This document shows, piece after piece, positions 24,101 to 34,214 of a stretch of 35,005 nt of DNA. Every line of letters begins with the position of its first letter. Position 1 is the stretch's first letter. This DNA is from Octopus bimaculoides (Eukaryota). Below the pieces are notes generated by a model, which was given only the letters and a program-made list of their open reading frames with translations, ran no database searches and was not told the DNA's origin. The position numbers and the translations under genes are program-made. Where the stretch lies: positions 53,912,792 to 53,947,796 of the forward strand of contig NC_068999.1 in assembly GCF_001194135.2 (NCBI RefSeq). Direction: 5' to 3'.

Positions 24101-24172
24101 AAAATACCAAACTCTGTGCTAAAATTCTAAATTCTAAAGAATGTCCAGATATCGATGCAAGAAACATAGAAG
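24101..24172 (+). CDS. Shark: Shark-like coding exon 4 (end of ANK1: NTKLCAKILNSKECPDIDARNIEG)
   Basis: Acceptor ttttcttaatctccag|, donor GAAG|gtaagt, 72 nt phase 1-1, supplies the missing second helix and D.DARN.EG turn. Confidence 0.9.
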
Positions 24173-24220
24173 GTAAGTGAATTTTTATGCATTTGATTGA
24201 TGTGTGTGTGTATGTATATG

Positions 24221-24291
<71 letters not shown>

Positions 24292-24294
<3 letters not shown>

Positions 24295-24619
24295 TTTGCC
24301 GAAAACAGTGATTTAGCTGCAGAAAAAGCTAAGAACACATGCAGAAAAAGCTAAGAACACCTGCAGAAAAAGCTAAAACACTAGAAATAGCAGCTAAATA
24401 GCAGCTAAATCACCGGTGATTTAGCTGCTATTTCTAGCAGAAATTTCGCCAAATATGATTTTGCCAAAAGCAGAAATTTCCCCAAATATTTTGCCAAAAA
24501 CGGTGATTTAGCTGCTATTTCTAGCAGAAATTTCCCCAAATATGATTTTGCTAAAAGCAAAAATTTCCCATTTAAGGCTTAAATTAATACCATTATCTTT
24601 TAATGCCGTACTATTTGCC
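24292..24619. repeat. Modular tandem/inverted repeat block containing a perfect 38 bp palindrome
   Basis: Repeated units gcagaaaaagctaa, gtgatttagctgctatttctagcagaaattt and atatgattttgcc. The palindrome is at 24396-24433 and the block abuts the N gap. Confidence 0.8.
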
Positions 24620-25342
24620 NNNNNNNNNNNNNNNNNNNNNNNNNNNNNNNNNNNNNNNNNNNNNNNNNNNNNNNNNNNNNNNNNNNNNNNNNNNNNNNNN
24701 NNNNNNNNNNNNNNNNNNNNNNNNNNNNNNNNNNNNNNNNNNNNNNNNNNNNNNNNNNNNNNNNNNNNNNNNNNNNNNNNNNNNNNNNNNNNNNNNNNNN
24801 NNNNNNNNNNNNNNNNNNNNNNNNNNNNNNNNNNNNNNNNNNNNNNNNNNNNNNNNNNNNNNNNNNNNNNNNNNNNNNNNNNNNNNNNNNNNNNNNNNNN
24901 NNNNNNNNNNNNNNNNNNNNNNNNNNNNNNNNNNNNNNNNNNNNNNNNNNNNNNNNNNNNNNNNNNNNNNNNNNNNNNNNNNNNNNNNNNNNNNNNNNNN
25001 NNNNNNNNNNNNNNNNNNNNNNNNNNNNNNNNNNNNNNNNNNNNNNNNNNNNNNNNNNNNNNNNNNNNNNNNNNNNNNNNNNNNNNNNNNNNNNNNNNNN
25101 NNNNNNNNNNNNNNNNNNNNNNNNNNNNNNNNNNNNNNNNNNNNNNNNNNNNNNNNNNNNNNNNNNNNNNNNNNNNNNNNNNNNNNNNNNNNNNNNNNNN
25201 NNNNNNNNNNNNNNNNNNNNNNNNNNNNNNNNNNNNNNNNNNNNNNNNNNNNNNNNNNNNNNNNNNNNNNNNNNNNNNNNNNNNNNNNNNNNNNNNNNNN
25301 NNNNNNNNNNNNNNNNNNNNNNNNNNNNNNNNNNNNNNNNNN
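24620..25342. other. Assembly gap in Shark-like intron 4
   Basis: N run. Exons 4 and 5 join in frame across it, so no constitutive exon needs to be hidden. Confidence 0.99.
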
Positions 25343-25754
25343 ATATGTATGTGTGTATATATAAAGTTTTAAAGGAGTGAGTGGACACACAAAAGGAGGG
25401 CACTCAACACATTTATTGAGAGTTACATGCATGGATCAAAACAGTATATATACACTCTCACACACACACACACACACACACAAATATTTCACTGAAGATA
25501 TCTTAATAAAACCAAAACATGTCAGGAGATGTCACTTTGCATACTAGAAATTAGACTTCTTTCCCATGCCTTACTTGATAAGAATTATCATTAATGCTAA
25601 TGATTTTGATTTTCTCTTTACTAGTGTAATTTTACTTGATGAAAAGTTATTTGGGGTTGACTTACTTAATTATTAGTTCACACTGAATTATAAAATAATT
25701 ATATGTGTGTGTGTGTGTGTATATAACTTCACAATATTTCATTTTACACTTCAG

Positions 25755-25870
25755 GTGATACACCTCTACATATTGCTTGTAAAACAGGAAACAGCAGCAT
25801 TGTAAAACTTTTTTTGAAATACAATGTCAACCTATCAGTAAAGAATCAAGACCACTGCACACCTCTTCAA
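25755..25870 (+). CDS. Shark: Shark-like coding exon 5 (ANK2 and start of ANK3: GDTPLHIACKTGNSSIVKLFL...TPLQ)
   Basis: Acceptor cacttcag|, donor CAA|gtgagt, 116 nt phase 1-0, canonical ankyrin GxTPLHxA motif. Confidence 0.95.
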
Positions 25871-25928
25871 GTGAGTTGCTCTTTTTTTTTCGAACTGGTT
25901 GTTTGAAGTTAAGCTTTGCCTCAATAAG

Positions 25929-25972
<44 letters not shown>

Positions 25973-26133
25973 TATATATATATATGTATGTATGTATGTA
26001 TTTATATATATTTTTATACCAAAATTAGGCAAAAATATTGTATCTGTTAACAAACGTAGCAAAATACTCACAAGTGAGATTTTGTATTTATATCAATTTA
26101 AATGAGAGCTCAAAACTGATCCATTGAAAATAC

Positions 26134-26139
26134 TTTATT
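26134..26139 (-). other. Candidate poly(A) signal (AATAAA) for the antisense unit
   Basis: tttatt on + strand about 700 nt past the candidate stop, before Shark-like exon 5. The hexamer is common in AT-rich DNA. Confidence 0.2.
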
Positions 26140-26834
26140 ATAATAATGATAATGACCTATGATCATTTCGATGCAATATCCAGATTGATTCATGCATATT
26201 ATAAAAGTTACGAATGCATTAATTGCTATAATGCTTCAACACAAAGTATCAAACATTAAAACCAGTAGCCATTAACAGGTCCACAGGTGGAACCTGAACT
26301 AGTCTCTATTACTTGGGTGACCTCATTACCAATTGCACTCTAGAATGCCTGCCAATCCTTTAGCTGCTGCACTTATCTATATTTCTCCTAGTAGGCACTT
26401 ACCTATTCTGCAATTTAGATCTTTTTTCATTGTTTTGTTCTTTTTGGTTGTCTCCACTTTTTCTTTAGTTGCTGTATTTACTTAAACTTTATATGTGAAT
26501 ATTGTATATTATATAGAGGCTTGACTCTCTTTCCTGTTATCAAATATGAATGTATATATGTACATACACATACAGATGTGTGTATGTGTGTGTAGTGTGT
26601 ATACAAGAATTATTTACATACAAATTACAGGTGTGAACACTACACTCCCGGCTACATCCTGCTTGCTCTATTGTCAACATATTATGGACATAAAATGTAA
26701 GCAGAGTTGAGTGTTGATATAGTAAAGAATCTGTGTAGTAGGCACTGTAATATCAAACATTTTGTATTCCTGGACCAAGCAACACATTGTATTATTGAGC
26801 AAAGCTGGTAATTTCACATTCTTTCACCGTCTAA

Positions 26835-26969
26835 TCAGCTGAAAATGCATGCCAGCCGAGTGTTGGTGCAGCCTTCTCTCCTTTCAGCTGCCACATCCAG
26901 AATCTTCTGCTTGATCAAGAACAGAAGCGCTTGAAGTGTCTCTATGTCTACTTGTGACCACATAGACAC
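26835..26969 (-). CDS. Candidate antisense terminal coding exon, product unknown
   Basis: Acceptor gctaattgttttcag|GTG with CTAAT branch motif, raised GC. Phase 0 reads VSMWSQVDIETLQALLFLIKQKILDVAAERREGCTNTRLACIFS*; phase 1 reads VYVVTSRHRDTSSASVLDQAEDSGCGS* (stop 26884-26886). Confidence 0.4.
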   Translation of the reverse strand: MSMWSQVDIETLQALLFLIKQKILDVAAERREGCTNTRLACIFS

Positions 26970-27452
26970 CTGAAAACAATTAGCAAAAGCATGTTATATG
27001 CTACTATGACATGCTCATTTGCTAGCAGCGACTATACATCATAAGTGTGGTCACATTGCACTTTTTAAAAACATTCATTAATATTTGAGACAGCATCTGT
27101 GACTCCCATAAATATGATAAGCTTTATTGTGTATCATAATTAGAATTACATTAAAACAAGTATCATTATCATCATCACTTTTAACATCCAATTTACAATG
27201 CTTACATGGATCAGATGAAGTTTATTGAGGTAGATTTCCTACAGCTGCATGCTCTTCCTGTCATTAACTCTCACCTGTTTCCAAGCAAGCTGATATTTTC
27301 CAATGGCTGGACATGTTCTCACAAAATATTGGAAATGAATGGCACTTCATGTACAAGTGACAATTATTTACAACTGATATGTGATGTCAAGACAAGGAGA
27401 CACAAATGTACTCACTCAGAGGCACACACAGATGTGTGTGTGTATAAATGTA

Positions 27453-27780
27453 TCATCATCATCGTCATCATCATCATTTAACGTCCATCTTCCATGCATG
27501 GGTAGGACGGTTGATAGGAGCCAGCCAAGTAGAAAAACTACCTAGGCTACCGTGTCCGTTTTGGCAAAGATTTTACAGCTGGATGCCCTTCCTAACACCA
27601 GCTACTCCACAGAGTGCACTCAGTGCTTTTTATATGGCATTAGCACAGGTGAGGTTAGTTTGGGCATGATTTTTACAGTTGGATGCCCTTCCAAATGCCA
27701 ACTACGTCACAGTGTGGACTGGATGCTTTTAACATGGCACCAGCACTGGCAGGGTAACCAAGTAACTCACAAGACATGGA
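27453..27780 (-). mobile_element. RTE-tail element with duplicated ggatgcccttcc segment
   Basis: (CAT)n tail followed by tttaacgtccat...acagctggatgcccttcctaac present twice. Confidence 0.7.
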
Positions 27781-29249
27781 ATTATGAGAGGGGCAGGGCA
27801 TTTGATGAGGGGGAACTTGTGTCAGAGGATGAAAGGTTAGAGTCTGACAAAGAGACAGAGAGACAGAAGCAGGTATCTTGCCACAACAGAAGGGGCATTA
27901 GAGGAGGGGATCCAGTATCAAATGATGAAAGGTTAGAATGTAATGGGGAAATACAGAGGCAAAAATAGGTGTCTTGCTATAGAGGAGGTACATGGTTACC
28001 CAGGGAGAGAGAGAGAGAGAGAAAGAAAAGAGATAGAGTAAATTTCAGACTCATAGTTGTGAAAATAGTCTAGAAAATTGGGTAAATATCCCTAGAAGTC
28101 AGAAAAAAACTCACCTGCAGGCAACTATGGAAAATTGAACATTGTACTTCTCAGATATTGGCTGAGCACTCTGTATGCGTGTCAGGGGCCACTTAGCTTA
28201 ATGCAATTCTTTGCAAACCCCATCGCTCATCAATTCATCTACAATTCAACTGAAATTCTCTCTATAAACATCTAATGGACTAGTGTTAAATTTACAATGG
28301 TTCACTTCCCTTCACTAATTACTGTAGTGAGCTGTGTTTAATTAATTCTGAATTTATAAACAACTTGATGGAAATATTAACAATGAATGCAACATGAAAT
28401 ATGATATCTTGGACAAAAAGGAAAAAAAAAGTTATACTCTTTGGTTGGCTGTCCAGTTCTTTACCAATTTAGCCAAACTTGATTCAAGCTTTTACTTTAG
28501 AAAACTTAACAATTTTTTTTTTTTTTTATTAAAAAAGGGAAAAGAACATTTGGAAATCTAGGATTATTTTGAAATCATAAAATTTCAGTTGTTTTCTGGA
28601 AAGTCTCTTGAGATATTTAATCTGTATTAAGTGTGTTTGACAATTTTCATATCTTAGCATAGTTTAGATTTGTATAACCAGAAAAACCAGGAAGTTAGTC
28701 AAGTTGAATTTACCATAAAAGGGCATAATCAGGATATTTTGTCATGTAATTATGATATTATTCATTTAGTTTCTGGCCATTTGAGGTTCATATAACCAAT
28801 TTTTATTATTTTGTTTGTCATCCATCTCATGGTTTGTTTTTAGAAGAGTTTTCTTCTGAATTGTCATACCACCCTGCCTTAATTTTGACACTGAGAAATA
28901 TGAGGTGGAAGAAGAGCTTCACATTTCTTATTTGTAACAGTGTATGTTGTTTTTTTGCTCAAACCTCAATCAGTACTGCTCAGGCAGACTTATGATCAAA
29001 TGCATTCTAGCCAGGTTTATTTTTCTAATACAGTGTATTTATTGGTTGGATTGGGTTGAATTGTCCACTGTAGGACGAAGGCCTCGGCATGTTCTCTCCA
29101 CCAACCACAATCTGATGTGGAAGCTGTGAATTTGAGCTTGAAATCGTAGTGGTTTGATGATCTTACACTGCCATACTGGCTCAACATGGCTTGGCAGAGG
29201 AGTGCAGTTTTTATACTCTTTGCCCTGGAGTAGTTACGTTCATTACATT

Positions 29250-29398
29250 CACCCCAGTACTCAACTGGTACTTATTTTTCATCGACCCCCAAAAGGGTGA
29301 AAGACAAAGTTGGCCATGGTAGAATTTGAACTCTGAACATAAAGACAAATGGAATACACTAAGCATTTTGCCCAGCATACTAACAATTCTGCCAGCTT
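29250..29398 (-). mobile_element. SINE, family of 19167-19376
   Basis: ccccagtactcaactggtacttattt...atcgacccc..aaagg...agaatttgaactc. Confidence 0.7.
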
Positions 29399-29516
29399 TT
29401 AGGATAATATTATTTAATATATGTCCATATATATTTCTAAGATAGTAGAGTATTATTTAAGAGAGATTTTACTGCTATTTCTAGTAGTTTGAACAATCAC
29501 AAAGTGACTCTGCTCT

Positions 29517-29567
<51 letters not shown>

Positions 29568-29888
29568 ATGCTCAAATGTGCATCTGTACATTTGAGCATG
29601 TATACACACACATCTGTATTTATATATCCCATGCTCATCACTGCTAGAACAAGGTGATGCTGATGTTGACATTCTTAAACTCACAACTTGGCTGTACCTA
29701 AATGCAAATTTCAGAATGTTCACCCCAAGCTTACATGAGAGAAAGTATACTCTCCAATACCAGACACAGCCTCCGTAAGACTATTTGTCTTGTAGCTGGA
29801 GACTTAGATTCCTTCTTTCCACCAATTTTGTTTCTTCCCTTGCCTGTTTTTTTTTCCTCTTTTTTCTCTTTTACTATTGTATATGCCA

Positions 29889-30795
29889 ACGTATATAATA
29901 CCACTGGGTGTACAAGACACTCCCCCACCCAGAATTTCCATTTAAAAAGTGGGTTTTGAGCTACACTTGCTGTATAAGACTATCCTAAGTTTTCGTAGAA
30001 AATAGTTCAAGCTCCAAAGGTAGGAGGTTCATAGCGAAAGGGATCCGGTGAGCTGTAGCTTCGTCAGCAGCCCCTGAAGCTTCTGCTTTTCTTGTGTTTC
30101 AATAGCATTTTAACTATTTTTCAATCAGTAAACTTTATATGCAGTCTTGATTGTTTAAAATGTATCCAGTTCTTCTCAAGAAGTGGCCAAATATTGTAAA
30201 TTATCTACTATAAAACACATCAAATGTGCTTGGCTGGTGTAAACACTACTGTAGTGACATCACTTAGACACTGGTTATTTTACAGGAACTAACATGGTCT
30301 CAAGTATACCACAATAACACCATTTACTTGTATGAGAGAGCGCTCTAACAAGACAGTGTAAACAGAATAGACCACGGGATCCAGTTGAATGGGCTGATTG
30401 TTTACATTTTCTGTTCATTAGCTGTTGCAAATGGCGACTGGTGTCTGTCTGCTAAGCTTGCTGTGCTGTTATTTTAATATAATCTTACTGTTAATCCAGC
30501 TTCCCAAACATATATGTAAGTATCAGTAGAAAATACTGAGTTGTAGACCCATTCAATCTATGTGAGTGTTTTACAGTGTTCTCCATTAATACGTGCAAGT
30601 CTCAGTAGAAAATACTGTGCTGAAGAGCCATAGGATCTATGCAAGTGTTTTACGCTGTTCTCCACCGACATTGCTGCTTCTCTAAACCACGGGAATTTAT
30701 GGTTCAGATTTTATGTGGAGTATATAAGACGACCCCTAGTTTTGGGGGGATTTTAAAACATTCAAATTCCATCCTGTACACCAGTATATATGGTA
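29889..30795. mobile_element. Non-autonomous pogo/Tc1-mariner-like DNA transposon (about 0.9 kb)
   Basis: Degenerate TIRs cgtatata..actgggtgtacaagac and catcctgtacaccagtatatatgg+TA, subterminal tataagac(g)accc motifs at 29973 and 30723, and an internal tandem duplication of about 79 bp at 30515-30665. Confidence 0.55.
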
Positions 30796-31407
30796 TCTGA
30801 TCCCTATTTCTGCCTTCTTTCCATTTTTTTACATACTTTTCTTTTTTTTTTCATCTCTTTTTTTTTCAATTGATGGCAACACCTTCATACCAGGAGTTAC
30901 ACCATATTAGGCATCATCCCTAGTTTGCTGCACCTATATTAATCTCCTAGTACTAACTTTCAGAAAAAACAGTCCTTGTTTCCCAGAATGCCTCCCAGGA
31001 GTAGCTATAACTTCCTCTACAGTTCCCAAACAAATGAATTTCATGTTCAGTAACAGCACCACCATCACCATTACTATCACCAACAACAACAAATAATTTA
31101 TAGTGTTATATAGAGAGAGAGAGAGTTGTCTTTGTATAAGTGCATGTGTGTATTTGAATATGTATGCAAGCATATGTATATATGGTTGTGTCAGTTAGCT
31201 CCTGTCTACAGTAAACAATACTAAGTAAGTGCTATCACCAGTTAACCTATTTTTTAAGTTATCATCTCCAGCCCCAAACAGGATATCACAATATATCACG
31301 TGGTGTATACCACTTGATATTTAATACAAGGTGTGTCCACTAACAACTTTAGCTCCTCTTTTCTCTCAAATTTGAATTTACTACACCCATTTTCCAGTTT
31401 GGTATCT

Positions 31408-31491
<84 letters not shown>
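31408..31491. repeat. (TCTA)n then (TA)n microsatellite
   Basis: Direct reading. Confidence 0.95.
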
Positions 31492-31494
<3 letters not shown>

Positions 31495-31496
<2 letters not shown>

Positions 31497-31627
31497 TAAG
31501 CACATAAAATGTGCAACAAGGTGGAAAAAAGACTACTCAAATACCAGAGTAATATGCATTATTTAAAAGCAGCAGAAATATAACAAAAGACTGTTACTCG
31601 GAGTTACACGTTCCCGTTCATCAGACA
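31495..31627 (-). mobile_element. Penelope-like element fragment with degenerate minimal hammerhead motif
   Basis: Minus strand tgt-CTGATGA-ACG(ggaa)CGT-GTAA-CTC(c)GAG-TA-aca at 31627-31592. Confidence 0.55.
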
Positions 31628-31892
31628 ATGTGTGTGTGTGTGTGTCTGTCTGTGTGAATCCCTAAAACTCGAGAACTACACAACCGATTTCATTCAAATT
31701 TTACACATGCCTTACTTAGGATCCATGTAGTGTCATAGGCCCAAAAAATGTTCAACTTCTTGCCTAATGCAATCCCAGAACAATCTCTTACCTCTTCCCT
31801 TTAATAGTTTAACTATTAATACTGAAACTATTAAAGTGAAACTATTATCTCACATATATACAGGGGCATACATACATATATATAATACATAT

Positions 31893-31931
<39 letters not shown>

Positions 31932-32170
31932 ATAGGATGGACAACAAAAGAAAGAAAGAGACGTCAATATTATGTAAATAGAGGAATTTATCTGTAAAAA
32001 TATGTGACACTTATTTAGTAGCCATGATAAAAGTTTCGGATGCCGGGGTGGGAGCCCACGCCAACATCTCTTCAGTTATCTGGCCATTGAAAATTCCTGT
32101 GAAAAATGACCGTTAAAACCCTAACCCTAACCCTGTGTAGTGAAAAGGTCAAAAGGCGTCTAAAACTGCG
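31628..32170. mobile_element. Possible Helentron/DINE-like non-autonomous element with internal (TAACCC)3
   Basis: GT/GTCT microsatellite then aaccgatttcattcaaatttt, a CpG-richer end, and telomere-type hexamers at 32117-32134. Boundaries and class are uncertain. Confidence 0.35.
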
Positions 32171-32663
32171 CATATTATCGCATATATCTATATACGCACG
32201 CATGTATCTCTATATACGCAGGCATTTATCTATATATGCATGCACCAATTCAACCAATATATTTTGGGGTAATTGGTTGAAGAAGTTCCCTGATCCCTGC
32301 ACTAGTGCTAATATCACGATAGAAGCACCTAGTACACTCTGTAAGTGGTTGGCTAACGGGATCAAGCAGCACTAATGCAGAGCTTGAGTTAACTCTTTAG
32401 TCTTGCTGAAGGCAAGACAACCCCTATAGTGCTGGTGCTACAGAAAAATATACTCAGTTCACTTTGGAATAATATTCCATTTAATAATGTGGAATTATTA
32501 AATGTGAAATACAAAAATGTGACTTTGATCTTGAGTAAGTATGGTTAAAACTCAAGAGATGTCAAAATAAAATCAGTTTAAATATTAACTATATCTTAAT
32601 TTTACAGATTCTACGGATAAATTCACTTCAATTTACCATGATCTTCTCTTTAATTTTATTTAG

Positions 32664-32804
32664 GTGGCTTGCCAAGCAAATCAACCTGAGATTATTTCTG
32701 ACCTCTTACAAATTGCTAAATATGATCCACATGAAAGATGTGTAGTGTCAGGATTATATCCACTACATGAAGTGGCACAAAAGGGATATCATAAATGTGT
32801 ACAG
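32664..32804 (+). CDS. Shark: Shark-like coding exon 6 (ANK3-ANK4: VACQANQPEIISDLL...SGLYPLHEVAQKGYHKCVQ)
   Basis: Acceptor taattttatttag|, donor CAG|gtacgt, 141 nt phase 0-0, PLHE..KG motif. Confidence 0.93.
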
Positions 32805-32889
32805 GTACGTATATAAAGGTGTGCATGTGTGTGTGTAATTTGTTTGTTTTTTTAATTGCTAAATATGGCTCTCATAAAAGATCATATGT

Positions 32890-33053
32890 GGAGGCGCAAT
32901 GGCCCAGTGGTTAGGACAGCAGACTCGCGGTCATAGGATCGAGGTTTTAATTCCCAGACCGGACGTTATGAGTGTTTATTGAGCAAAAACACCTAAAGCT
33001 CCACGAGGCTCCGGCAGAGGGATGGTTGCGAACCCTGCTGTACTCTTTTACCA
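32890..33053 (+). mobile_element. tRNA-headed SINE (A box TGGCCCAGTGG, degenerate B box GGTTTTAATTCCC)
   Basis: tRNA-like 5' head followed by a non-tRNA body. No complete cloverleaf. Confidence 0.7.
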
Positions 33054-33304
33054 CGGATAATGGAGAGAATCATTTGTAAACTGCATATTCTGCTTCCTGA
33101 CTGTGCAGGCTGTGTAACTCTCCATTAATTCCCGCATTTCTAAATTTGCTTTTAAATGCTTCAGATCCTCTAAGAGTTATCTTTACTTATTAGTTTTTCA
33201 ATATCAGTAAAGAATTACTGGTAATACTCCATAGATAAATGTAGCAAAAACCATGTTAAGGAACCATTCTTGTGTTTGGGTGGTAGGTAAATTTAAATCA
33301 TCAC

Positions 33305-33463
33305 CTGATTTAACATGAATGTCATCTAGCACTTGGACATCTTTAGGGGAGTCCACTGTTTTGCACGGATCCTTATCAGATCCTTGATCTAAGGACAGCT
33401 TAGTCTCATCAGTCTGGGAAGTCCTGAGAAGGACTGTGTAGGCAGGTGCCCTTCCTCTTCTAC
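33305..33463 (-). CDS. Candidate antisense coding exon (GRRGRAPAYTVLLRTSQTDETKLSLDQGSDKDPCKTVDSPKDVQVLDDIHVKS), product unknown
   Basis: U-rich tract ttaattgttttttgtttgtttatagttcag|, only one frame open, raised GC, 159 nt phase 1-1 if the weak donor CAG|gtgatg is used. Otherwise the frame runs to a stop at 33204. Confidence 0.5.
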
Positions 33464-33623
33464 CTGAACTATAAACAAACAAAAAACAATTAATAAATGA
33501 ATAATATTCACCAACCCCTATCAACACCATTACCACCATCACTGCTGTTGCCACCTTCACCATCTTCTGCACCTAACTGCTTTATTTAGGTAAAATATAT
33601 CAATTTCTTTTTTCCTATTTTAG

Positions 33624-33729
33624 TTATTTCTGCAGAATCTCTCACCAGCATTTCCAAGAACTCAAGAAGGTTTAACACCATTAGATCTAGCAGTCGAAGG
33701 CAAACACAGTAAATGTGTCAAACTCTTTG
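33624..33729 (+). CDS. Shark: Shark-like coding exon 7 (ANK4 end and ANK5: LFLQNLSPAFPRTQEGLTPLDLAVEGKHSKCVKLF)
   Basis: Acceptor ttttcctattttag|, donor TTTG|gtaact, 106 nt phase 0-1, P..PRT..G.TPLDLA motif typical of the last Shark ankyrin repeat. Confidence 0.92.
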
Positions 33730-33989
33730 GTAACTATAGTTTTACTCTTTATTCTCTGTTTATTACTCATTGTATTTACTCTTTGTTTAACTTTCCTCAT
33801 GACATTTTAGTAACATGGGAATATCTCTGCATGCATTCGTCATTTAGCTAAGCATATCATTTACATCTTCAACAGGTATAACAAGCATATTTACATATGT
33901 GTGTGTGTGTGTGTGTGTAGGTGGGTGGGCAGGTGTCTACATACTTGTATTTACATTGATGTGTACATTTATGCATGGTTATATTTATG

Positions 33990-34210
33990 TGCAGTGCCAT
34001 GTAAAGGCGCCCATGTTGTGTCACATAAAAGCACCCAGCACTTTCTGTAAAGTGGTTCATGTTAGGAAGGGCATCCAGCTGTAGAAACCATGCTAAATCA
34101 GACTGGAGTCTTGTGCAACACTCCCCACCCACTAGCTTTCCAGCTCTGGTCACACTGTCCAACCCATGCCAGTATGAACAATAGACATTAAAGGGTGATG
34201 ATGATGATGT
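33990..34210 (+). mobile_element. RTE-tail element
   Basis: gtcacataaaagcacc...ttaggaagggcatccagctgtagaaacc...aacccatgccagtatg...(gat)n. Confidence 0.8.
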
Positions 34211-34214
34211 GTGT

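Larger units (their letters stand above)
2845..33729 (+). other. Shark: Span of spliced Shark/HTK16-like gene (SH2-ankyrin x5; second SH2 and kinase expected beyond window), 7 coding exons, 3' incomplete
   Basis: Exons of 169+168+144+72+116+141+106 nt join in one stop-free frame through GT-AG introns with phases 1,1,1,1,0,0,1. The peptide has the SH2 then five ANK repeats order of Drosophila Shark and Hydra HTK16, including TNLLH, GPI..G.D.LI, PLHE and PRT..G..P.DLA signatures. Confidence 0.88.

Noticed and set aside
24292-24619. CRISPR-like repeat array
   Set aside because: There are no unique spacers of regular length, the modules overlap and invert, and the context is eukaryotic.
29648-29774. 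+ strand exon-like segment reading EQGDADVDI..., superficially ankyrin-like
   Set aside because: Its phases (1-2) do not fit the phase 0-0 intron 5, and exons 5 and 6 already join to give complete ankyrin repeats.
30954-31017. Possible - strand exon (EEVIATPGRHSGKQGLFFLK) ending at gttagt
   Set aside because: The acceptor is weak and there is no independent support.
32890-32965. tRNA gene
   Set aside because: The B box is degenerate, there is no full cloverleaf or terminator, and it continues into a SINE body.
33204-33304. Hydrophobic tail EWFLNMVFATFIYGVLPVILY* suggesting a tail-anchored protein
   Set aside because: Base composition turns intron-like after CAG|gtgatg, and T-rich DNA gives hydrophobic peptides by chance. 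It remains only an alternative ending for the antisense exon.
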